Shown here in pieces: positions 56,342-64,000 of a stretch of 64,000 nt of DNA; position 1 is the stretch's first letter; each line of letters begins with the position of its first letter. Position numbers and translations under genes: made by a program. The notes beneath the pieces were generated by a model. The model was given only the letters and a program-made list of their open reading frames with translations, ran no database searches and was not told the origin of the DNA. This DNA comes from an uncultured Acidaminococcales bacterium (GTDB taxonomy: Bacteria > Bacillota > Negativicutes > Acidaminococcales > JAISLQ01). The DNA lies in NCBI GenBank assembly GCA_964551985.1, contig CAZKFG010000001.1, positions 40,181 through 104,180 on the forward strand, read 5' to 3'.

Positions 56342-56878
56342 TCAATAAACACTTTTTTTCAAAACCCCAACATATGGTAAATTTCTATATTTTTGAGCAT
56401 AATCAAGTCCATAACCGACAATAAATTCATCTGGTACAACAAATCCAACATAATCAGCATCTATATTTGCTTTTCTACATTCTTTTTTGTCCAAAAAAGC
56501 ACATGTTTTTATACTTTTAGGTTGTTTTAACTGTAAAAATTTTTTCACGCACTCTAAAGTCAGACCTGTATCAATAATGTCTTCTACAATCAAAACATCT
56601 TTATTGGTAATGTCTAGCCTTATATCCTTTATTATGTCCACACAACCACTACTTTGAGAACTTTTGCCATAAGAAGATACTATCATAAAATCAAATTTCA
56701 AAGGCAAATTTATAGCTCGAACTAAATCTGCTAAAAAAATTACCGAACCATTAAGTAATCCTAGCAAGACAAGCTCTTTATCTTTATAGTCTTTTTCTAT
56801 TATACTGCCTAGTTCTCTTACCTTATCTTGCACTTGTTTTTCTGTATATAAAATCTCTTGAATATCTTTTTGCATCAT
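56342..56878 (-). CDS. hpt: Hypoxanthine phosphoribosyltransferase
   Basis: LIVEDIIDTGLTL PRPP motif. 178 aa, in tilS-hpt-ftsH synteny. Confidence 0.95.
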   Translation of the reverse strand: MMQKDIQEILYTEKQVQDKVRELGSIIEKDYKDKELVLLGLLNGSVIFLADLVRAINLPLKFDFMIVSSYGKSSQSSGCVDIIKDIRLDITNKDVLIVEDIIDTGLTLECVKKFLQLKQPKSIKTCAFLDKKECRKANIDADYVGFVVPDEFIVGYGLDYAQKYRNLPYVGVLKKSVY

Positions 56879-56879
56879 T

Positions 56880-58289
56880 TTATTCTCCGTTGAAAAATTC
56901 TAAGTACAACCAACTATCATTATAAAGTTTTTTAACATCCCTGTGCGCACAACGCACTCCACAAATCCACAATATACCTTCTTTATCTAATACTAAAGGA
57001 ATATCATCACGTTTATCAAAAGGAATTTTACTGTCAATAAAAAATTCTTTTAGTTTTTTATGCTTACCGCCCATACCTGAAGGACAAAAAACATCTCCGG
57101 CTAATCTTGTACGAACGATTAAAAATTCTTGCGCTATCTCTATTGGGAAAACAGCTATACTATGTTGCCGCACTTTAGGTTTAGCTCCACGAAAAATTGA
57201 AGCTCTAATTATTTTTTTGTTAGGCAAAACTACTTTACCTGGGATACTAAGCTTATATTCACCAAAAACGACCTTTTCGTCTTTTTTAAATTGGTGTTTT
57301 GAAAAAATCAAATTAGAATAATCTTTTTTTACATACAGCTTATTTGGCAAAACTATTTGTGTATTTAGGTTACCATTACAAATCAATTTTAACACATCTG
57401 CTACATGTTTTGAACTAAAATATGCTCTTTCATCTTGAGTAGCCAAAGTTTTCATTGTCAATAGAATAATTCTGCTCAACAAACTAGATGATATCTTTCC
57501 TAACTTTTCCAACGGGAAAATTATATCGCCATTTTTCCTTTGCGCCAAATTTAAAAACGATTCTTGCGCTAAGCCCTTCAAAAAAGTAGCATCTTTACTT
57601 AACATATCTGCCATATTACAAAGTGAATGAACTATCTGAGGGTTATATTTTTGCAAAACTGGCATAAGTTCCATTCGCACTTTATTGCGCAAATATTTTT
57701 TATCCTGGTTTGTACTATCTACCCGATAAGCAATCTTATTTTGCTTACAAAAATCTTCTATAATTTCACGCTCTGCAAACAAAAACGGTCTTATAATGTT
57801 GTTATTTTTAGCTTTAATCCCTGTAAGTCCATCAAGTAAACTACCACGCAAAATATTCATTATTACTGTCTGGGCATTATCTTCTTTGTTATGAGCAACA
57901 GCAATTGCTGAACAGTTTTTCTCTCTCGCCACTTCATTTAATACTTTATAGCGTAAAATTCTTGCGGCTTCTTCTAATGAGAGCTTATTTTCTTTGGCAA
58001 AATTCGGCACATTGATTTCTTTTATACAAAAATCAATTCCCCTAATTCGACAAAAATTTCCTATCCACAAAGCGTCATCTTTAGCTTCTGTGCCTCTGAT
58101 ATTATGATTAACGTGGCAAACGGCAATTTCATACTTTAAAGAATGTGCCAGAAGTTTTAATACCTCTAAAAGAGCAACGGAGTCCGCTCCACCAGAGCAA
58201 GCAATTAATACACGCTCACCTGGAGTAATTAAAGAATTGTCTTCAATATAGTTTTTTGTTCTTGTAATCAAAAAATCTTTGCGTTCCAA
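56880..58289 (-). CDS. tilS: tRNA(Ile)-lysidine synthase
   Basis: ACSGGADS PP-loop and the typical C-terminal domain. Confidence 0.93.
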   Translation of the reverse strand: MERKDFLITRTKNYIEDNSLITPGERVLIACSGGADSVALLEVLKLLAHSLKYEIAVCHVNHNIRGTEAKDDALWIGNFCRIRGIDFCIKEINVPNFAKENKLSLEEAARILRYKVLNEVAREKNCSAIAVAHNKEDNAQTVIMNILRGSLLDGLTGIKAKNNNIIRPFLFAEREIIEDFCKQNKIAYRVDSTNQDKKYLRNKVRMELMPVLQKYNPQIVHSLCNMADMLSKDATFLKGLAQESFLNLAQRKNGDIIFPLEKLGKISSSLLSRIILLTMKTLATQDERAYFSSKHVADVLKLICNGNLNTQIVLPNKLYVKKDYSNLIFSKHQFKKDEKVVFGEYKLSIPGKVVLPNKKIIRASIFRGAKPKVRQHSIAVFPIEIAQEFLIVRTRLAGDVFCPSGMGGKHKKLKEFFIDSKIPFDKRDDIPLVLDKEGILWICGVRCAHRDVKKLYNDSWLYLEFFNGE

Positions 58290-58311
58290 ATTGCCTCCAT
58301 ATTACAATAGC

Positions 58312-58340
58312 AAAAAAAGCATTCTGCGGAATGCTTTTAA
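58312..58340 (-). terminator. Terminator after the S1-domain gene
   Basis: AAAAGCATTC-tgcg-GAATGCTTTT followed by a T run on the minus strand. Confidence 0.75.
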
Positions 58341-58368
58341 ATGTAACAAAAATAAAACATAGCTATTA

Positions 58369-58818
58369 TCAACCATTTCTACGACTGGCACCACGACCGC
58401 CGCGCTTGGATTCTGTATTTTTTTTCAAATCGGTCAGTCTATCATCACTATCTTTTAAAAACCTACTTATCTTGTCTTCAAAAGACGGAGCTGGATAAGA
58501 TGGTTTTAAAACAGGTTTTGGCGCTGCCTGTCTAAAATATGGTCTTTCTTCATTATTAACAGCCGGTTTAGGAGGATTCGCCTCTATTATCAACTGTTTA
58601 ATTGATAAACCAATTTTACCACGATTATCAATTGACAGAATCTTAACTTTAACCTTCTCACGCTCTTTTAAAAAGTCATTTACGTTTTTCACATAGACAT
58701 TAGAAACCTCAGAGATATGAATTAAACCCACCTTGTTATCAGGCAAATCAACAAAAGCTCCGAAATTTGTAATGCCAGCAACAACGCCTTCTACTACGGC
58801 ACCTACTTCTAAAGACAT
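58369..58818 (-). CDS. S1 RNA-binding domain protein (YabR-like)
   Basis: GAVVEGVVAGITNFGAFVDL...GLIHISEV. Basic C-terminal tail. Confidence 0.85.
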   Translation of the reverse strand: MSLEVGAVVEGVVAGITNFGAFVDLPDNKVGLIHISEVSNVYVKNVNDFLKEREKVKVKILSIDNRGKIGLSIKQLIIEANPPKPAVNNEERPYFRQAAPKPVLKPSYPAPSFEDKISRFLKDSDDRLTDLKKNTESKRGGRGASRRNG

Positions 58819-58906
58819 TTAAACGATAATCCTCCTTAAGAGTTAAACTTACAAAGTAATTATAACCTTGACAATTTTCTTTTGTCAACAAAACTTGCCT
58901 AATTAA

Positions 58907-59179
58907 TTATTTTACTGTAACAGGTATCTCCATTGTTTTTACCATATTATAATCTTCACGTGCAACTTTTTCTATATACTTTGGATCATTTACCATTTTT
59001 TGTTCTTCTTTTAGTGCCTCGTGTCTCTTTTCAAGCTCAGTTATATTACTTTTTGTAGCGTTTATCTGTTGGTTGATTTGGTATATCTTGATTTCTTGCT
59101 GGACAATCCTAAACGCAAAAAATAAAAATAAAACCATAAATATAAGCTTAAACATATTTATTTTTTTACGTTTACGCAT
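58907..59179 (-). CDS. Septum formation initiator (FtsB/DivIC family)
   Basis: 90 aa with an N-terminal TM helix plus a coiled coil. It sits next to the yabR-like gene, as in Bacillus. Confidence 0.75.
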   Translation of the reverse strand: MRKRKKINMFKLIFMVLFLFFAFRIVQQEIKIYQINQQINATKSNITELEKRHEALKEEQKMVNDPKYIEKVAREDYNMVKTMEIPVTVK

Positions 59180-59243
59180 AAAATCACCACAAATCTTTTC
59201 TTTTCATTATACCATTGAAAAAAACTTTTTTTCAACGTTTTTC

Positions 59244-60113
59244 TCAGTTCAAACCTGCGTGTTTTTTACTTAACTTCATCAAAAAAACAAATATTGTATT
59301 CATTATCAAAACAAGAATAACCAAAAGCGCCGCACTACCATTAGCTATTTGTATATAATCAGGCACAAGACCAACTGACATTACATACCACATATGTACT
59401 GCTAAAGTCTCACCCGAAGCAAACAAATCAAAATCACCCATAAAGCGCGATACAGTCGTTCCGGCAGTAAAAATAAGTATTGCACTTTCTCCGACCGCCC
59501 TACCACAAGTGAGCATAAGTCCTGTAATTATTCCAGGCAAAGCTGCAGGAAGAACAACATTTTTTATAGTCTGCCATTTTGTTGCACCAAGTGCCAAACT
59601 TGCCTCACGATATGTTTGTGGAACTTGCCTTAAACTTTGCTCTGTAACCGTAACTAAAAGTGGTAAATTAAGCAATACTAGTGCCAAAGCACCACCTATT
59701 ATGCTAAAACCAAAGCGCAAAAAGTTAATAAAAATAATCATACCAAAAAGTCCTAAAACGATAGAAGGCACTGACGACAAGCAAGCTATACAAGTTCTAA
59801 TGGTATTTGTCAAAAAGTTGTTTTTAGCATACTCATTTAAGTAAACAGCCGCACCCACTGCAATAGGCACAGATACCAGCATTGATATAGTCAAAATATA
59901 AAGGGTATTAAACAGCTGAGCACCAACCCCACCACCTGCCTTATTATCTTTAGATGCACCAAAAATAAAATCAAAAGACAATACAGGTAAGCCTTTATAT
60001 AAAATATATCCTAAAAATAAAAACAGTATTAAAAGTAGCAAAAAACCAACTGCCCAGAAAAAGCCCATAGCTATTTTGTTATGCAATTTGTTCTTTTGTG
60101 CAAAACTATCCAT
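59244..60113 (-). CDS. pstA: Phosphate ABC transporter permease PstA
   Basis: The EAA-loop region REASLALGATKWQTI...LP. The ATG at 60113 comes just after the pstC stop and follows AAGGAAGG; the track start is 60137. Confidence 0.92.
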   Translation of the reverse strand: MDSFAQKNKLHNKIAMGFFWAVGFLLLLILFLFLGYILYKGLPVLSFDFIFGASKDNKAGGGVGAQLFNTLYILTISMLVSVPIAVGAAVYLNEYAKNNFLTNTIRTCIACLSSVPSIVLGLFGMIIFINFLRFGFSIIGGALALVLLNLPLLVTVTEQSLRQVPQTYREASLALGATKWQTIKNVVLPAALPGIITGLMLTCGRAVGESAILIFTAGTTVSRFMGDFDLFASGETLAVHMWYVMSVGLVPDYIQIANGSAALLVILVLIMNTIFVFLMKLSKKHAGLN

Positions 60114-60114
60114 A

Positions 60115-61014
60115 TCAAACAGCCTTCCTTGCTGCAATTTTTTTGACGAGAATAATCATTAAAAGGCAAACTAACAATAAAACAAATGCCATTAAAAAAA
60201 GCGAATTGCTCCATGCAGAACCAAAAGGAGTATTACCCATCTCAATTACTATCTCACTAGGCAAAGTGCTTGTCGGGGAAAACAAAGAATTTGCAATTTT
60301 CGGAGCGTTGCCAATAACCATCTGTACTGCCATTGTCTCGCCAATAGCCCTTGTCATACCCAAAATTATCGCCGTAATAATACCATTCGATGCCGCAGGC
60401 AATGTTATATGCCAAATTGTTTGCCAGTAAGTTGCCCCCATAGCTAAAGAACCTTCTTCAAGTGGTTTAGGAACGGCTTTGATAGCATCTTCGCAGATAC
60501 TTATAACTGTCGGCAAAATCATAATACTTAAAATAAATGCCGCTGTAAAAATACCAAAACCACTAGGAACACCAAAAAATTCTCTAACAAAAGGCACAAT
60601 AACTGTAAGACCAATATATCCATACACAACAGAAGGTATTGCCATATAAAGACTAATCGCTGGCTTCATAAAAGCATAAAGTTTTGCTGGCGCAATTTTC
60701 GTCATAAAAACAGCACCAGCAATACCTAATGGACCGCCGATTAAAATTGCCAGTAATGTAACAAAAAAGCTTCCCGAAATAAAGCTCAAAGCACCAAATT
60801 TATCGGCAAATGGATTCCATTTAGAACTAAAGAAAAATTCAGATGGATTAACCTCCAAAAAAGTCTGCAATCCTTGCTGCCCGATAAAAACAAATACAGC
60901 AAAAACTGCAATTGCCATAAATAAAGCGCAAGCAACAAAGCAATTTTTTGCTACCCTATCAAAAAATTGCCTACTAGCATCATATTTTAATGTCTTTTGC
61001 TCATCAACATTCAT
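60115..61014 (-). CDS. pstC: Phosphate ABC transporter permease PstC
   Basis: EEGSLAMGATYWQTIWHITLP and a polytopic profile. Confidence 0.92.
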   Translation of the reverse strand: MNVDEQKTLKYDASRQFFDRVAKNCFVACALFMAIAVFAVFVFIGQQGLQTFLEVNPSEFFFSSKWNPFADKFGALSFISGSFFVTLLAILIGGPLGIAGAVFMTKIAPAKLYAFMKPAISLYMAIPSVVYGYIGLTVIVPFVREFFGVPSGFGIFTAAFILSIMILPTVISICEDAIKAVPKPLEEGSLAMGATYWQTIWHITLPAASNGIITAIILGMTRAIGETMAVQMVIGNAPKIANSLFSPTSTLPSEIVIEMGNTPFGSAWSNSLFLMAFVLLLVCLLMIILVKKIAARKAV

Positions 61015-61032
61015 AAATATAGAGTTTCCTCG

Positions 61033-61890
61033 TTAATATTTTATTTTATCCATAGGAATAAAAGAATTATCCTGCACATATTGTTTTTGAAATTCATCAC
61101 TTTTAACAAAATCAATAAACGCCTTTACAGCCCCTTTAGGCTCGCCTTTTGTGTACATTCTACCTAAAGCATAAATAGGATATTTACCATTTTGCACATT
61201 GTCAATACTATATTTTTCTCCATTATAGCTCAAAACCTTAATAGCTGGGCTGGCATAAGCAGCATCAACATAACCAATAGCGCCTGGAGTTGTCGCAACA
61301 GCAGTTCTTAGCGCACCATTAGAATCTTGTATAATCTGCTCGTCTGTAAAGCTCTCTGCGTCCATAACTTTTTGTTCTATAGTAATGCGTGAACCTGAAC
61401 TAAGAGATCTACCGATAACAATAATTTTTTGGTCTTTACCGCCAACTTGATTCCAATTTGTTATCTTACCTGTAAAAATATCCTTATACTGCTGTTTTGT
61501 CAAGCTGTCTACTGTAACATCTTTATTTGCAATAAAAATAAACGGGATACCGACAAAAACATGTTCGACAAGACCTTTGTTTTGCAAAGACTTTTGCAAA
61601 GCAACATCAGAATTTCCTATATCGACATATCCTGATATCACCTGATTTTGACCAGTAAATGAACCACCTGCTGAAATATTTAAGGTTATCTTCGCATATT
61701 TTTTATAAAAATCTTCTTGCCCTGCCTTTAAAAGTGGCAGTAATGCTGATGAGCCTGAGGCTGTAACTTTTCCTGATAACTCACCTGTATTTTGGGCTTT
61801 GTCTTTACAGGCAGTAAGAAAGATAAGCACCATAATACAAACAACTAACAAAAAAACTTTTGCTAAGTTAAATTTTTTCACTACAATCAC
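61033..61890 (-). CDS. pstS: Phosphate-binding lipoprotein PstS
   Basis: Lipobox LTAC. GSSALLPL...SAGGS is the PBP-like pattern. Confidence 0.88.
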   Translation of the reverse strand: MIVVKKFNLAKVFLLVVCIMVLIFLTACKDKAQNTGELSGKVTASGSSALLPLLKAGQEDFYKKYAKITLNISAGGSFTGQNQVISGYVDIGNSDVALQKSLQNKGLVEHVFVGIPFIFIANKDVTVDSLTKQQYKDIFTGKITNWNQVGGKDQKIIVIGRSLSSGSRITIEQKVMDAESFTDEQIIQDSNGALRTAVATTPGAIGYVDAAYASPAIKVLSYNGEKYSIDNVQNGKYPIYALGRMYTKGEPKGAVKAFIDFVKSDEFQKQYVQDNSFIPMDKIKY

Positions 61891-61892
61891 CT

Positions 61893-62537
61893 TTAATCAA
61901 GTCTTTGTCCAGTAACCAAGTATGCCACACTTTCAGCAATATTTTTCGCATGATCGCCTATGCGTTCTAAACATCTTGTAATATAAAGCAATTGACTTGC
62001 TTGGTTGATAGTTGAACTATCTGCAATCATAAATTCCAATAACTCTCTTAATAGATAATCGCATAAATCATCAACCTCGTCATCCGCCTGACATACAGAT
62101 TTTGCAAGCTCTACATCCATTTGCACATAAGCATTTAGAGCATTTGTCAACATTATTCTCGCTAAATTTGCCATTTTGGGAATATCAACAAGTTTTTTCA
62201 TCAAAGGCTGAGTCCCAATTTCCAAAGTCACCTCAGCAATATTTTTTGCATGATCACCTATTCTCTCTAAGTCAATAGTTATTTTAAGTGCAGTACTTAA
62301 AATACGCAAATCTTTTGCCATGGGCTGTTGAAGTGCTATTAGCATCAAACTTTTATCTTCTATTTCCAGTTGAAGGGCATCAATCTTTTTATCTTCTGCA
62401 ATAACATTTTTCGCCGTTTCTAAATCTTGTCCTGCCAAAGATACAATTGCTCTTTCAAGGGCAACATCCACCATATTTCCCATTGTCATTAAGTCTTGTT
62501 GCAATTGTTTTAAGCTGTTTTCAAAATTTTGTCTCAT
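61893..62537 (-). CDS. phoU: Phosphate signalling complex protein PhoU
   Basis: Duplicated LERIGDHAKNIAE motifs. Confidence 0.95.
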   Translation of the reverse strand: MRQNFENSLKQLQQDLMTMGNMVDVALERAIVSLAGQDLETAKNVIAEDKKIDALQLEIEDKSLMLIALQQPMAKDLRILSTALKITIDLERIGDHAKNIAEVTLEIGTQPLMKKLVDIPKMANLARIMLTNALNAYVQMDVELAKSVCQADDEVDDLCDYLLRELLEFMIADSSTINQASQLLYITRCLERIGDHAKNIAESVAYLVTGQRLD

Positions 62538-63295
62538 CAGCCAAACCTCCCGCTTATATAATCTTCTGTCCTCTTATCTGTTGGTTGAATAAATAGTTGA
62601 GTTGTCTTTTGATGTTCTATCATCTCGCCATTTAAAAAAAAGGCTGTATAATCTGACACCCTTGCCGCTTGCTGCATATTGTGCGTAACAATGACAATAG
62701 TATATTCTGTCTTTAAGTTTTCTATCAGTTCTTCTACCTTCATAGTTGAAATCGGGTCAAGTGCTGAACACGGCTCATCCATCAACAAAACCTCTGGATC
62801 AACTGCCAAAAGTCTAGCTATACAAAGCCTTTGCTGCTGTCCACCTGACATACCCATAGCAGAACTATAAAGCCTATCTTTTACTTCATCCCAAAGTGCT
62901 GAACCTTTTAAACTTTTTTCCACAATCTCATCGAGATCTTTTTTTGTTGGGTTGCCATGAATTCTAGGACCGTAAGCAATATTATCATAAATACTCATAG
63001 GAAAAGGATTTGGTCTTTGAAAAACCATACCTACACGCTTTCTCAAATTTACAATATCCATACTGTTAGAGTAAATATCCTGACCATCAATTAGAATTTG
63101 ACCAGTAATTTTGACATTTTCTATCAAATCATTCATGCGATTTAAAGTTTTCAAAAAAGTTGATTTTCCGCAACCACTAGGTCCAATCAAAGCGACAACA
63201 GATTTGGGTAAAACATTTAAGTCTATGCCTTTTAGTGCTTGATTTTCGCCATAATACAACTTTAGATCATGCACTTTTATTTTCTCTTGAGTCAT
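62537..63295 (-). CDS. pstB: Phosphate ABC transporter ATP-binding protein PstB
   Basis: [22 protein letters not shown], and a C-terminal DYISGRFG. The ATG at 63295 follows GGAGG; the track start is 63307. Confidence 0.96.
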   Translation of the reverse strand: MTQEKIKVHDLKLYYGENQALKGIDLNVLPKSVVALIGPSGCGKSTFLKTLNRMNDLIENVKITGQILIDGQDIYSNSMDIVNLRKRVGMVFQRPNPFPMSIYDNIAYGPRIHGNPTKKDLDEIVEKSLKGSALWDEVKDRLYSSAMGMSGGQQQRLCIARLLAVDPEVLLMDEPCSALDPISTMKVEELIENLKTEYTIVIVTHNMQQAARVSDYTAFFLNGEMIEHQKTTQLFIQPTDKRTEDYISGRFG

Positions 63296-63365
63296 TTTAT
63301 CCTCCAACAGTTTACATATACTATCCTTATAACTATAACAAAAAAAATGACTTTTGTTAATTCTT

Positions 63366-63403
63366 TCATAAAAATAAAAAAGGTCAGTTTAGACTGACCT
63401 TTT
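63366..63403 (-). terminator. hup terminator
   Basis: AAAAGGTCAG-tttaga-CTGACCTTTT, followed on the minus strand by TTTTTTTATTTTT. Confidence 0.8.
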
Positions 63404-63409
63404 AAAAAA

Positions 63410-63685
63410 CTATTTTTTTACAGTATCTTTAAAGTCTTTACCAGCTTTAAAAACAGGAACTTTAGTTGCAGGGATTTGTATTTCTGCACCGGTTTTTGGA
63501 TTTTTACCTTTGCGAGCTTGCCTTTGCTTACAATCAAATGTTCCAAAACCTATGATTTGTACTTTATTTTCTGCGGCAACAGATTCTTTTATGCTATCTA
63601 CCATAGCATTGACTGCTTTTTCGGCATCCTTTTTAGTAAATCCTGCTTTTTCAGCAACACTTGCGATAAGTTCTGTTTTATTCAT
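63410..63685 (-). CDS. hup: HU-family DNA-binding protein
   Basis: MNKTELIASVAEKAGFTKKDAEKAVNA...GFGTF...NPKTGAEIQIPA. Confidence 0.95.
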   Translation of the reverse strand: MNKTELIASVAEKAGFTKKDAEKAVNAMVDSIKESVAAENKVQIIGFGTFDCKQRQARKGKNPKTGAEIQIPATKVPVFKAGKDFKDTVKK

Positions 63686-63768
63686 TCTTTATTCCTCCTA
63701 GAATATTTTTATGCTGACAATCATAAATTCAGCATTATTGAAACTGACTTTATTATGTATTCTATGCT

Positions 63769-63797
63769 ATCGTAAAATATCCTGCTAAATATTGCAA
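63769..63797 (-). promoter_or_regulatory. Candidate sigma-A promoter of hup
   Basis: The minus strand reads TTGCAA, a 17-nt spacer, then TACGAT. Confidence 0.35.
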
Positions 63798-63806
63798 GTT
63801 TTTTTA

Positions 63807-64000
63807 TTAAAATAATTCACTCTCTTTAATTTTTGACCTGTTCCAAAACTCATCTAACTGTTCTAGCGAAAAATCTTTCCACGTCTTTCCAGATTTTTCA
63901 ACCTGCTTTTCAACATAAGAAAACCTTTGTTTAAAACGCTTATTTGCCATATTTAAAGCAACTTCACTGCTAACTTTCAAGTGCCTTGCCAAATTAACTA
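63807..64000 (-). CDS. mazG: Partial CDS (C-terminus only): MazG-family nucleoside triphosphate pyrophosphohydrolase
   Basis: ARHLKVSSEVALNMANKRFKQRFSYVEKQ matches the MazG C-terminal repeat. The frame stays open to the window edge, so the TTG start in the track is an artefact. Confidence 0.75.
   Translation of the reverse strand, partial: VNLARHLKVSSEVALNMANKRFKQRFSYVEKQVEKSGKTWKDFSLEQLDEFWNRSKIKESELF

Noticed and set aside
63296-63409. Search for PhoP/PhoB-type Pho boxes upstream of pstB.
   Set aside because: There is only one TTAACA hexamer, with no 11-bp-phased partner. Nothing convincing was found.

Overview
64-kb chromosomal window from an AT-rich, low-GC Firmicute-type genome. Gene content and order point to Clostridia or Negativicutes, and an AMIN-domain amidase hints at a diderm Negativicute, but this is unproven. 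I recognised no rRNA, tRNA, CRISPR array, transposase or integrase. All identity percentages, family calls and motif matches are by eye; no database search or computation was run. RIGHT HALF (34.0-64.0 kb): about 35 housekeeping genes, all on the minus strand. In coordinate order: groEL, groES (with a perfect CIRCE operator), a DnaA-box cluster, tsaD, rimI, tsaB, tsaE, gerM-like, amidase, DUF3006, MBL hydrolase, nnr, acpS, clpB. Then a + strand hypothetical gene, CYTH-CHAD, lysS, greA, dusB, coaX, birA, ftsH, hpt, tilS, S1-domain gene, divIC/ftsB. Then a permuted pst operon, hup and a partial mazG. LEFT HALF (0-34 kb): mntH plus an accessory carbon-metabolism region with two sigma-54-dependent loci, each with its own enhancer-binding protein. 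I read three near-consensus -24/-12 promoters directly from the sequence (3940-3955 +, 25886-25901 -, 33590-33605 -). Locus 1 (1909-18224, + strand) has a PrpR-type activator and a 15-gene operon. It encodes a CaiB-type CoA-transferase, LeuCD-like dehydratase, PrpF-like isomerase, YjiH/YjiG membrane pair, M20 amidohydrolase, DcuC-like carrier, PrpD/MmgE protein, HMG-CoA-lyase-like enzyme and CmoA-like methyltransferase. It also carries TWO copies of an uncharacterised gene pair: an IscU-like Cys protein plus a GGGtGRT-motif protein. Locus 2 (20023-33605) has a PAS-type activator and a two-subunit aconitase X (DUF521 + DUF126). Also present are a second CaiB transferase, a second HMGL-like lyase, a cupin, AtoD/AtoA and two tandem TRAP transporters. 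Locus 2 is bracketed by a perfect 23-nt direct repeat that duplicates the 3' end of groEL, an island-like signature with no recombinase present. The best candidates for an undescribed system are the duplicated IscU-like/GGGtGRT module and the AcnX-CoA-transferase-lyase locus.
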